NCBI RefSeq assembly: GCF_902652985.1 | Contig: NC_047019.1 | Coordinates: 36,146,001-36,210,000 of the forward strand | Length of the DNA stretch: 64,000 nucleotides | Reading direction: 5' to 3' | Origin: Pecten maximus | Taxonomy: Eukaryota | In this document: one piece after another, positions 18,048 to 30,866 of the stretch | Numbering within the stretch: position 1 is the first letter of the stretch | Layout: each line of letters begins with the position of its first letter | Program-made: the position numbers and the translations under genes | Notes under the pieces: model-generated | Databases searched by the model: none | The model's input: only the letters and a program-made list of their open reading frames with translations | Told to the model about the DNA's origin: nothing

Positions 18048-20087
18048 TTTTCTTTGATTCAGCTCATGCTCATCACATCAGAGACAGATTCCCCCAAAAC
18101 GTCTCCATCTCCTGGTCATTACCTCAGGATGTCTCACAGCCATTTTACATATGTTGTACTTCCCAAGCCCTAAAATAGAAAAGAGGAAATAAGAAATACA
18201 AGAAACATAAATTATCCAGTATACAAGCACAGACTTATTTCAGTCTGTGATACAAGAAATCCCATTGCATTACTACCTCAGACTGGTGGGAATTTCCTTT
18301 TAGTAGTAAGTATATATTTGTGAGATGTGTCTGTAGAGTGAGATGCTGATGAGGTATCATTCAAACAGAATAGAATATCAGTGATGGATCAAAGAGATAC
18401 AAACTTACTAGATGGGAAACATCCTTTAATTTGCAAGGATACATAGGAACACCAACATGCCCTCCTATCACTGAAGATGATGAAGATCTTCTTAACTCAG
18501 ACACATTGGTGTAAGTCATAAAATGTTTTTCAGTAACCACAAAAAATAGTATATTCACAAGAATGGATCAAGACATGCATGCTATCAATTAATATTTGTA
18601 AACAGCAATTTCAAATATGTGTTGTCTTATTTGTTAAAAATTCATATATAAACCATACTCTGCACAGATAAGTGAATCTATTTTTAGAATGTTTTCGCCA
18701 GCATTTTTCTGACAAAGGGTTTGATTATTATCAATGGCAATAATGAATAGGGGTATAGTTTAATTTGTGTATAAAATGGACAACATCTTTCTGAAATTTT
18801 AAAGCCACATACCCCCGAAGAAACACATATCAATGTTTACATTTTGAGCTTTTTACAGTTTTTGGACTTGATACATACCTAACAGATTATCGTGAATCAG
18901 AAACTGAAAGAAAATGTGTATTTATGAAAGTATACGGGGAATTCCCAAAAATAATAACTGTGGCTGCCAGACCAAGTCCCACAATGCAATGGCAGGTTTT
19001 ACACTCCATACAAAATGGTGGAATGCAGAAAGCGTGGACATGCGAAAACGCACAGATTATGCCAAAAAAAAGATGCAAAAGTAAGTGGAATTGGCAAAAC
19101 CTGAGTATTTCCTTAGGAAAGTAAATGATTTGTTGGAACTGAGCGAGAGAAGAAAATGTGGTGGGAATAGACTTGATTTCTGATTTTGCCAGACGTCTAT
19201 TGGATTGCTGGTTAGCTTTTTAACGTGTCAACTTCGCCGATCTAAAATGTTATTGCTAAATTTTAGAATTAAGCATTTAAATGTAAACTATGTTTGTTTA
19301 TTTTGTTCAGTTATGACGCGAATATTCTGTTTATAAGTTAAAATGAAAGCATTATTTTAGCAAAGTTCACATATGCTCGATATGTAAACAACAGCCATGT
19401 GTGTAGTTTATGTGCAGTTTTCAGCTCCGTGACAAATCTCCCGATAAATATAGATGCGGCAAGTTATTTTTTTACACTGATGTCTCAAGGACTCCCCGGT
19501 CAAGCGTCCAGGCCAGTGGTCATTTTAATGTTAGGAGAGCGTGAATGAGCATCTTGGATTGCCATTAATACATGTGTGCAACTAGAATTTTAGGTTGTTT
19601 GACAGTATGTGGCTTTAATTTGTAAATGAAGTTAAATACCATACAACTATTGTAGTAGGATAGGGAAATTCACGCTAGCCTAAGCTAGTAAGGTGACCTT
19701 ATACTCTTTACTTTTACACTATGTCTATATATGTGAATACAAAAATCCATTTTGTCCGGTTATTTTCAAAAAAGGACTTTATGACTTCATGTACTCCAAT
19801 ATGTCTGAGTTCAGAAATGGTTTCCACTGCAAAGAGAGGTCGTGTTTGAGTCCAGTGCATCCTCTAAAATCCAAGGACGTAATATACCAACTAAGCTAGG
19901 TTATGGAAATATTTTGTCACACGTGAATAATCACTTGTCACATTTTGCAACCTCATCTCAATTTTTTCCGTATTCATCTGTGTATAAATTTAATTTAAAA
20001 TAACCCAAGTTTCTTTTCTGTGCAATAGGCTAATCAAACAATTCAGTTCTTTTTGTAAGATTTTTAGACACTCTCTTTTTGTCTTAC

Positions 20088-20254
20088 CTTCTCCATCATA
20101 AACAGGAAGTCAGCATTATCAATAGAGTGCTTTAACTAATGATGACAATACACGCACTTAGTACAAAAACCGACGTCATAATTCAAACATCGCAGAATCA
20201 CTTTGTATTGTTCAGGATATAAAACATTTCGGGGACACAGATGAAAAAAAGAAA
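20088..20254. promoter_or_regulatory. Bidirectional promoter STK40/MRPL19, including the probable non-coding STK40 exon 1 (donor at 20087, minus strand)
   Basis: Minus-strand donor AAG|GTAAGA at 20088/20087, ETS-like CAGGAAGT 20103-20110, CRE-like GACGTCA ~20172, MRPL19 ATG at 20255. Confidence 0.55.
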
Positions 20255-23200
20255 ATGGCTACTGTGGGGAGAAGAACGTGCTGTCACTTCGCCAAACGTT
20301 TACAATGTAATATATAGTGGTCCATATGCACTTTATTACCCACCTGTTCATTACCTTTTCTTCATTACAGCATTTCCTCCAAAATTGATGAGATTAATGG
20401 TCAGACTTTTTTTATCTTCAATTTACTGTGATTGAAGTTGTCTTGAGTTGAGGACGAAATCAGAGTTGTCGACTTGGAAATCGTTAGAGGACACAGCCGA
20501 GATGGTGTTCAGTTTTGAAAACATCAATCGCATGTTTATTGTGACATCTTCCTCTGAAAACAAGGAAATGATTTACCCGTAACTAACCTGACAAAATATA
20601 GATGATCATATTACACTAATATAATTTTAGGCATGGCCTATGTGAGAGCGCAGCAATCCCGGTGCCCATGGAATTCGAGAAACAAGCACACATAATCTAG
20701 TGTACTAGAATAGTAAATCCCACGTTATAAAATGAATATATTGCCAACAGATCTATACACTGGTTCGTAATAAAGTATATATCAACAAGAATTATGATTT
20801 ACATAACTTACTACAAAAACTAATCGTAGAATAAGTCTTAAAATAGACTGATTAAGCGATGACAAGGTGACGGGACAGTAGAACGAATATTCATACCCTG
20901 CCTACACTGCTCTCCGGCAGGGTATGAAGTCCCTCCCATTGCCGATAGTGTAGCAAGCCCCGATGTGATTCACATCGGGCAGTATTAGCGGTGGTAAAAT
21001 TTTTCTCGGATGAAAAAAACACATGTAAATTGATGATTCTGGTATCTATTATCAATATTCAAGCCACAAACCTGCACATTACTTCAAATGTTTGACAATA
21101 AATAGTTAAATCCAAAACGAGCAAGACACACGGAGATATCAGTTCAAACATACCGCCATCTTTGATACAAGTGTAAAGGTCTATTTCCTTATAAGGAAAT
21201 CAAAATAAATTGATGCTAATGAGGTTTCCCGCGAGATTTCAACAGAAAAACAAATTCGGAGTAATATATCTCGGTAAGGAAGGTCAATTCATTCTGTAAT
21301 TATTTAATTATGCAAAGTAAGATTCGCTTTCTTCACAAGAGTTACAAAAGAGTGGTTAAATATCTCTGATTATGTATTTATTTATCGTAGTAGCTTCATC
21401 CATATATGGATCACGGGTTCCATATTTGGGTTAGAATCCTCGCGAGAGTTCTTCGAGAAGTATCATGGCGGATTACGGCGACAACTCTGAGCAGTATGAT
21501 ATCAGAATATGCGAATTAAAGATTTCTAGATTAGACGGTAGGCTAATACATTGCAAAATTGTATTAGAAATGTTTAATTATACGAACTATTACTCCAAAG
21601 TTAAACGATATCCGCTATTTGTAGCATTTTCGAGGTTCACTGTTTTGCTACATTACGAGCAATGGGAGGGAATCGTAGCTCTGACGACGACCATCTGTCA
21701 GAAATTGTCCGTCCGTCGTCCAGAGCTACGTTATCGCAGCTAACGGGACAGCAGATCTCGCAGATGAGCAGCAGACGACAACAAAAAATTTCGGAAGTCC
21801 TCTTTATTTTATGTGCTATATTTGGTAAACTTGTATGCAACTCGAACGGACCGGAGCTGCACTCGTAAAACACCGGAAATATTTTCGTTGAAAATTATAC
21901 CGTTACGTTTTGAATATAAAAAATTAAGAACTTGTTCGTGATAAATTTTATTAACAAATTCTAACTAGTGTGAAGTCAAACATTTGCATATTTTTAAAAT
22001 CTTGATATTTTGTAATCTCCCGAGAATGTGACTTTGAATACAGTCTTGCGCAACACTGGATCTTGTCGTGACTTCCTGTTTCCGGTTACTGAGAAAGTTT
22101 TTGAACTCTAAGTATATTGGGGGAAAAGGGGGGGGTTTCCTGAGACATCTCTACCATTAAGTTTGCTATGCGAACGGGCTTCGCCCGTTCGAGCTGCGCT
22201 CTCTAATACAAGGGATTTGGTCTGAAGGAGACTAAATGATGTTAAAACCTTGGATTTTAAAGACTTTTTTGAACTGATATTTAAGATTTTCATCTTTGGT
22301 TGAAAGGAACTGAATATTGTATTTGTCTTTTTTCCCAATATCATTACCCACCTGGGAGGCAAAGGGGCAGCGGGCAGGTCTCGTGCATAGAGGACATGTT
22401 TACAGTGCCAGAATACTGAATGAAAGTGCACTGCCATGCATACTTCTAAGAAGTAGAACTCAGGACGAAAAAAAAAAATATTTGTAATGAATTGAAACTA
22501 AAATGAGGGTTTTCCATGATCATGAAACAATTATGTGAGTAATACAGGCTTTTAGAGCATACCGTTTTCAATTGTAATATGTCTTCAGAATGATTTTCAT
22601 TTTATTTTGCAGTAACTTCTACAAATCCACAGACTGTTATCAAGAGATGGTCAAACACAGTCCCAGGCCATGTGATTGATAAGCAAAGACAATCTCCAAT
22701 GTCATCTGATCGATTAAAAATGGAGGAAGTTGATAAAGCTATTAAAGTTCCAAAGGATTTTACGTAAGATTTTTAATTTGTTGCCTACAGTGTAATGTTA
22801 CATGTACATGCATGTACATGTGTTGTAGGTCATTCCACAACTAATCTGGTTATATAACTTTACCAAGCTCACTTGAAAGATAGGTTTCCATAACTTCCAA
22901 ACCTTTATTATGATGTCATTCTTATTGTGACGTCATAATTGTCACATCAGCAATAACGAAATATGGCTGTTGAAAAGGCCCCTCTGTCTTTGTTCATTCA
23001 TTGTAGGAGCAAAATTCCTGGATATAGTCTTTAAAAATCGTCAAATGTAAATATAAGCATTAAACTGCTTTCATTTGGAAGTTATGGGCTGATGAATGCC
23101 AACTGGACAAAGGCAAATTTAGAATGAAGCACTAAATTTGGCTTTGTCAATCCAGCAGCTGAAGATAGGTAGTTATCAGTACAGCTGTAAAGATATTGCT

Positions 23201-26200
23201 TTTTAGGTCACCTGAAACAAAGTGACCTATTCTAATCGCCTTTTGTCCGTCCTTCATCTGTAAACAATTTACATTTTCGACTTCTTCTCCAAAACCTCTG
23301 AACCAAATTAAATGAAATTTGGCTGGAAGCTTCTATGGCTAAAGGTCAACCAAAAATGTGAATTATATGGTCCCCACCCCTAGGGGCCCAAGGGGTGGGA
23401 TCAAAAAGGGTAAAATTGACTAAAACTTCAAAAATCTTCTTCTTTACTCTTAGATATATTAAAATCAAATACTCTTCATAGATGGAACGGTCTTAAGGTG
23501 CTTTACCAAAATTGTGAATTTCATGATCCTTGGATCTCACATTTTACGCCTGTGGAGGGGTAAACTTTACAATAATTCTTATAGGGAAACCACATTTTTG
23601 ACTATCATTTGTTTGATTTCTATTGGAATTGGAAAACTTTGTTAACATTATCAGCTTGGGATGACAGCTTAATGGTAGGTACATGTTGGCCCTGATTGAT
23701 CCCTTGGACTGATGGGTGGGGCCAAAAAGGATCAATTAAATCAACTGAAATATTTTTGAACTCTTGTGACTGTCAAGGCCCACGGACCTCTTGTTTTCTG
23801 TTGTGTCTGTAATTAGATGGTGTGTTTACTTCTTAGAAATTTTCATATGTTAATAAAAGTTGGTTATCACAAGAGGAGAATTCATTATTAAGAAAGGACT
23901 GTAAAGGTTAATGTTAGATATGGAGAGGGCCTCAGGGGTCATGTATGTTTGAAAATAAACGAAACAATTTCGGTAAAATCAAATCAGAATTTATTGAAAT
24001 AAAACAATTCATTATCAAATTAATCCTCATCAAACACAGATTATGTTTCCTTAATTCTAGGTTCTAGCATGTTTCTTGAACCTTTTTATTGAATATGGAT
24101 TTATATTGATAACCAAATAACAGTGTTACAGAATATTGTTTGTTATGATTACCATATAAAATCTCGTGAATTAATCTGTGTATTAGTGTGAGAGTTTGCT
24201 ACCATTACAGGTCAGTGTATCCCGAGTTTCTCCCAAACCGTTCTCCCGAGTCGTACAGAGATAATTTGAGAGATGCTTTGGAGAGAAAGGATATGTTGAA
24301 ACGCAGGGCACACATACATTTGCCAGAGTTTCATGTTGGTAAGAAAATTTATTTTTATATGCGTTGAAAACATTTGACTATAAATTGCAAATTCTAACAC
24401 CCAATACATACATTGTATGTATTATATGTTGGTTGCAAATTCGAACCATTGTGTTCTTCTGAAAATCTCAAAATTTCTCAAAATTAAACATACCTAACTA
24501 TGACCATTATATAAATCTGTGATTTCAGAAAGATATGTTGTGTAGTTGAGATATAGCTACAACAAGACTTGTTCAAGTACATACCACAGATGGGAAGTGG
24601 TTCAAATCTGATGAAATTGGACTACAAACTAATGTGTAAAAACGTTGGTTTGAATTACCTTCTGTAACAAAAGTATTTTCTTCTAAAATGTGAAAATTGG
24701 GACTCTTTAACATGTTTCCTTTAAATGATTACACTAAATGACAATTATTTCCTACTCATAACACACTCTGTGATTTCATTCTTAATTTACCATAACTTTT
24801 AGTAGAAATTAAACAATACAAAACCAAAAAATGGTATCTAGCTTTTCAACAGTTACCTAATTATTTCTTTAGTAGGAGTGTATATCAGCATATCATTGAT
24901 GTCGACAACTGTATGAACAAAACCAAACACCATGATTTGTGTTGAGAGTTATCCCCCTTAAAATAGCTTTTACATATAGCTGTGTTTGTGGGAAAATCAT
25001 ACAACAGGTTAAAAAAACATGTTTATAGTGTCTTATTGGACCATGTAAGTTTAAGGCATTTTGTTATTTTTACTCAAAGAACTGAAGGAATCCTCATGAA
25101 ACTTGTGAGAATTCATTCTTGATTGATCACAATTAAGCTATTGTTATATGGCTGGACTTTTCCTAGTTTTCTGGTAGGGATCCATTGGATTGGGAAATTA
25201 TATGAGGTATAACTTAAAATTGGGAGAAGGGGTTGAAAATTAAAAAAAAATATATTTTGTAGATTTCTGTTCATTTATTTTACAACTGAGTATACTGTTG
25301 ACTGCCCATTTGATTCGAGTTCTGTTCTACAGTATGGAATGAAAACATGAAACATTTGTATTATAGCTATATACCAGGTAGTCTATAAATTATTTTTTTG
25401 CATTGATATGCACATTGACTTTTATTTACTTTTTAAACATTTAAAAAATGACAACGAATGGGAATTTGTAACCAGCAAATTGGGAATTTATGCTAAATTT
25501 TCGGAGGGGAATAGGGCCATTATTTGGCCCCAAATTCAACTGGAGGAAAATCTCTGTATTGTCAAGGTGTCAATGTCAAAGGTCAAATTCATTATCATTA
25601 CATTTCTTCTTTACAAATAGCCTGTGATCTCATTTCTGCCTTCCACACTCAACTAATTGGTGCAAAAACTACAGCGTTCAATCTGAAAAAGAGTTTTTTT
25701 AGGTCACCTGAGACGAAGTCTCAGTTGACCTATTGCAATCGCCTTTTGTCGTGCGTCGTCCGTCGTCCGTCGTGCGTCGTAAACAATTTACATTTTCAAC
25801 TTCTTCTCAAAAACCGCTGAACTAAATTCAATGAAATTTTACAGGAAGCTTCCATGGCTGAGGGTGAACCAAAATTGTGAATTATATGGTCCCCACCCCC
25901 CAGGGGCCTGCGGGGCGGGGCCAAAAAGGGTCAAATTGACTAAAACTTCAAAAATCTTCTTCTCTACTCTCAGATATGGTAGAATCAAATACTCTTCATA
26001 GATGGAAGGGTCTTAAGGTGCTTTACCAAAATTGTGAATTTCATGACCCTGGGGTCTCATGTTTGCCCCTGGGGAGGGGGTAAACGTTACTATAGTTTAT
26101 ATAGGGAAATCACATTTTTGACTATTATTTGTTGGATTTGTATTGGAATTCATTCTAACTTGTATCAAATTATCAGCATGGGATGACACTTTGATGGTAT

Positions 26201-29200
26201 GTACATGTTGGCCCTATTTGACCCCCAGGGGCTGGTGGGCGGGGCTAAAAAAGGGTCAAATTGACAAAAATTTCAAAAATCTTCTTCTTTACTCTCAGAT
26301 ATGGTAGAATCAAACACTCTTCAAAGATGGAATGGTCTTAAGGTGCTTTACCAAAATTGTGAATTTCATGACCCTGGGGTCTCACGTTTGCCCCTGGGGA
26401 GGGGGTAAACTTTACTATAGTTTATATAGGGAAATCACATTTTTGACTATTATTTGTTGGATTTGTATTGGAATTCATTCTAACTTGTATCAAATTATCA
26501 GCATGGGATGACACTTTGATGGTATGTACATGTTGGCCCTAGTTGACCCCCAGGGGCCTGCGGGGCGGGGCCAAAAAGGGTAAAATTTACAAAAATTTCA
26601 AAAATCTTCTTCTCTACTCTTAGATATGGTTTAATCAAATACTCTTCATAGATGGAAGGATCTTAAGGTTCTTTACCAAAATTGTGAATTTCATGACCCT
26701 GGGGTCTCACGTTTGCCCCTGGGGAGGGGGTAAACTTTACTATAGTTTATATAGGGAAATCACATTTTTGACTATTATTTGTTGGATTTGTATTGGAATT
26801 CATTCTAACTTGTATCACATTATCAGCATGGGATGACACTTTGATGGTATGTACATGTTGGCCCTAGTTGACCCCCAGGGGCTGGTGGGCGGGGCCAAAA
26901 AGGGTCAAATTGACAAAAATTTCAAAAATCTTCTTCTCTACTCTTAGATATGGTAGAATCAAATACTCTACATAGATGGAAGGATCTTAAGGTGCTTTAC
27001 CAAAATTATGAATTTCATGACCCTGGGGTCTCATGTTTGCCCCTGGGGAGGGGGTAAACTTTACTATAGTTTATATAGGGAAATCACATTTTTGACCATT
27101 ACTTGTTGAATTTTTATTGGAATTCATTCTAACTTCGTTAACATATCAGCTTGGGATGACAGTTTGATGGTATGTACATGTTGGCTCTGACTGACCCCCA
27201 GGGGCTGATGGGCTGGGCCAAAAAGGGTCAAATTAACAGAAATTTTAAAAATCTTCTTCTTACAGCCCAAATAAGGTAGAATTAAATACTCTTCACAGAT
27301 CGAAGGGTCTTAAGGTGCTTTACCATAATTGTGAATTTCCTAGCCCTGGGGTCTCGCGTTTGCCCCATGGGAGGGGATAAACTTTACTATAGTTATAGGG
27401 AAATCACATTTTTGACTATCATTTGTTTTATTTGTTTTGAAATTCATTCTTTCATTCAAATTTACTGAAATATTTCAAAAATCAGGTGACCGTTAAGGCC
27501 CATGGGCCTCTTGTTTTTAGGCTAATAATCCTCATCAAACACAGATTATGTTTCCTTAATTCTAGGTTCTAGCATGTTTCTTGAACCTTTTTATTGAATA
27601 TGGATTTATATTGATAACCAAATAACAGTGTTACAGAATATTGTTTGTTATGATTACCATATAAAATCTCGTGAATTAATCTGTGTATTAGTGTGAGAGT
27701 TTGCTACCATTACAGGTCAGTGTATCCCGAGTTTCTCCCAAACCGTTCTCCCGAGTCGTACAGAGATAATTTGAGAGATGCTTTGGAGAGAAAGGATATG
27801 TTGAAACGCAGGGCACACATACATTTGCCAGAGTTTCATGTTGGTAAGAAAATTTATTTTTATATGCGTTGAAAACATTTGACTATAAATTGCAAATTCT
27901 AACACCCAATACATACATTGTATGTATTATATGTTGGTTGCAAATTCGAACCATTGTGTTCTTCTGAAAATCTCAAAATTTCTCAAAATTAAACATACCT
28001 AACTATGACCATTATATAAATCTGTGATTTCAGAAAGATATGTTGTGTAGTTGAGATATAGCTACAACAAGACTTGTTCAAGTACATACCACAGATGGGA
28101 AGTGGTTCAAATCTGATGAAATTGGACTACAAACTAATGTGTAAAAACGTTGGTTTGAATTACCTTCTGTAACAAAAGTATTTTCTTCTAAAATGTGAAA
28201 ATTGGGACTCTTTAACATGTTTCCTTTAAATGATTACGCTAAATGACAATTATTTCCTACTCATAACACACTCTGTGATTTCATTCTTAATTTACCATAA
28301 CTTTTAGTAGAAATTAAACAATACAAAACCAAAAAATGGTATCTAGTTTTTCAACAGTTACCTAATTATTTCTTTAGTAGGAGTGTATATCAGCATATCA
28401 TTGATGTCGACAACTGTATGAACAAAACCAAACACCATGATTTGTGTTGAGAGTTATCCCCCTTAAAATAGCTTTTACATGTAGCTGTGTTTGTGGGAAA
28501 ATCATACAACAGGTTAAAAAAAACATGTTTATAGTGTCTTATTGGACCATGTAAGTTTAAGGCATTTTGTTATTTTTACTCAAAGAACTGAAGGAATCCT
28601 CATGAAACTTGTGAGAATTCATTCTTGATTGATCACAATTAAGCTATTGTTATATGGCTGGACTTTTCCTAGTTTTCTGGTAGGGATCCATTGGATTGGG
28701 AAATTATATGAGGTATAACTTAAAATTGGGAGAAGGGGTTGAAAATTAAAAAAAAAAAATATTTTGTAGATTTCTGTTCATTTATTTTACAACTAAGTAT
28801 ACTGTTGACTGCCCATTTGATTTGAGTTCTGTTCTACAGTATGGAATGAAAACATGAAACATTTGTATTATAGCTATATACCAGGTAGTCTATAAATTAT
28901 TTTTTTGCATTGATATGCACATTGACTTTTATTTACTTTTTAAACATTTAAAAAATGACAACAAATGGGAATTTGTAACCAGCAAATTGGGAATTTACGC
29001 TAAATTTTCGGAGGGGAATAGGGCCATTATTTGGCCCCAAATTCAACTGGAGGAAAATCTCTGTATTGTCAAGGTGTCAATGTCAAAGGTCAAATTCATT
29101 ATCATTACATTTCTTCTTTACAAATAGCCTGTGATCTCATTTCTGCCTTCCACACTCAACTAATTGGTGCAAAAACTACAGCGTTCAATCTGAAAAATAG

Positions 29201-30588
29201 TGGGTTTTTTTCTCATTCTAGTCTTTAGACTAGAATTGAATCTAAAAAGTGACTCTGACTGGTGCATTTTCTGGTCCATTTTTACAGGTAGTATACTAGC
29301 AGTGACTGCTGCAGATCATTTTGCTCCGGACAAGACCAACAGATTTGTTGGGATATGTATTGAACGTGAGGGACATGGAATGTGGCATAAATTTACTTTG
29401 AGGAATGTCATCGACAACCAAGGTAATGACAAGGATTGGTAGTTACTGTATTAGATAATATAAACTATGATGCATGTACATAGTAGTATATAATTTATAA
29501 TACATCTCATAAAGGCTTTTTGATAAGATAATATTTTATCTAACCTACAATACACAAAACATGATCCATTGAATTTTGATTCTTAATGTCAAGAATATTA
29601 ACTATGAAATATTTATGAAATTTATTAGATAAAAGGCACTTTGTAATAATATATGCCCAATATTATCATAAAGGAGAGGAATAATGAACACAGGTTGTAA
29701 GGAAAAATATTCAAGACACCATTGTCATTGGCAAGAAGTCAATGACAGGAAAGAAATATTACAGTATTTTATTCTTTCATATCTATGGCAATCTTTTATT
29801 ACAGGTGTTGAGATTTCATACCACCTTTATAATCCTACTATACAAAAAATAGAGGTGTTAAAACTGGAAAAGCGGGCAGACGAACACCTGCGTTACCTTA
29901 GAAACGCCCCACATGAATACAGCACAGTTCCATTTGATCTGAAGGCAACCTTAATTGCCAGAGGCCAACCTGTACCAATCAATGACATAAAGGTAAATTT
30001 GTGACGCCTTAGTACTGTTTCAGTCGCTGTAGCCCTGGCCACTGTTTTTCCTGTTCTACTGTCCCACAACATGTAATTGAACCTGTAACTGTTATTACCT
30101 GAAGAACTATCATGTCCAGGATTAAGAAATTTGGATTGTAGCTTAATTGCAGGGGCGGAGAGATCTCTGTTTGTTTAAAAAACATATATGGCTCCCTGGT
30201 TTTGATATTCATGGTCATAATAAGTTCATATTTGTTATGTTGCTTGCAGGTGAACGTAACAAACCTTTAAGGTCATTGGATCAAATGTGTTGAATATGCA
30301 AGTAGGTTGAGATTTCTTAATTTTTTTAGAGCCTTAAACAGTCACTTTCTGTTACAGGTACCATTAAACCCCAAGCCTTGGCTTGAAAGATGGGAACGGC
30401 AGGACTTGGAAGGAGCAGAATTTACTGTTAATTTAACTGCAAAGCAACAGAAGAAGTTTGATGCATCACAAGCTCCACGTAAACTGAACAAATATGATTT
30501 AATGAAAAAATATAGGACAACAATAAACAAAGAAGAAAAAGAATCAATCAGTAGAGAAATGTACGAAAGTAATACAATGGAGGAGTAA
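20255..30588 (+). CDS. MRPL19: 39S mitochondrial ribosomal protein L19 (bL19m), 294 aa. Exons 20255-20306, 22613-22763, 24211-24338 (or its duplicate 27716-27843), 29288-29422, 29805-29992, 30358-30588
   Basis: Spliced CDS of 885 nt: MATVGRRTCCHFAKRLQ (presequence-like)...[97 protein letters not shown]. Exons 1-2 are less certain than exons 3-6. Confidence 0.93.
20626..22206. mobile_element. ~1.6-kb non-autonomous Helentron-like element in MRPL19 intron 1
   Basis: Subterminal inverted repeat GAGAGCGCAGC (20644) / GCTGCGCTCTC (22193), with end hairpins TAGGC-ATG-GCCTA and CGAACGGGC-TTC-GCCCGTTCG. CpG-rich relative to the flanks. Confidence 0.6.
23200..23797. mobile_element. Helentron/HINE-like element (family A), short copy
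   Basis: TTTTAGGTCACCTGA...GTGACCTA start and AAGGCCCACGGACCTCTTGTTT end, with about 1.3 internal units. Confidence 0.75.
24021..25690 (+). repeat. Segmental duplication copy A (1.67 kb, contains MRPL19 exon 3)
   Basis: Near-identical to 27526-29197; the ORF track is duplicated at offsets of 3505-3507. Confidence 0.95.
25694..27518. mobile_element. Helentron/HINE-like element (family A) carrying ~5 tandem ~324-bp units
   Basis: AGGTCACCTGAGAC-GAA-GTCTCAGTTGACCT end hairpin, CGTC microsatellite, internal repeats (GGGCCAAAAAGGGTCAAATT at a ~324-bp period) and a CAGGTGACCGTTAAGGCCCATGGGCCTCTTGTTT end. Inserted in a T-rich site. Confidence 0.85.
27526..29197 (+). repeat. Segmental duplication copy B
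   Basis: Differs from copy A by roughly 8 substitutions and 2 homopolymer indels, counted by eye. Confidence 0.95.
27716..27843 (+). CDS. MRPL19: Second, apparently identical copy of MRPL19 exon 3 (128 nt)
   Basis: Same sequence and splice sites as 24211-24338, inside a 1.67-kb duplication. Confidence 0.8.
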
Positions 30589-30866
30589 AGTGTGTGAGAG
30601 TGTTATATGTGATCATATCATGTTTGAAATCTGTAAATACATAATTATAAAATTCATTTTCTGATGGTTTTTTTTTGTATTTTTGATATTCATCAGGAGA
30701 GGGCAGTTAATAGCCTGGATATGTATGTGAATTGTTCAATATTTGCTAAAAACAATGCCCATATGTGCAAATGTAAAACTTCATATTATCTACATAGTGA
30801 GCTGTCATGGTGGTTGAAAAAAGAACATTGAATATCTGACATCATATGCCATCATTTGTCATTAAG

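Noticed and set aside
21465-21743. 92-aa ORF as the MRPL19 first exon or a separate gene
   Set aside because: It lies inside a TE-like element and has an acidic N-terminus unlike a mitochondrial presequence; 20255-20306 fits better.
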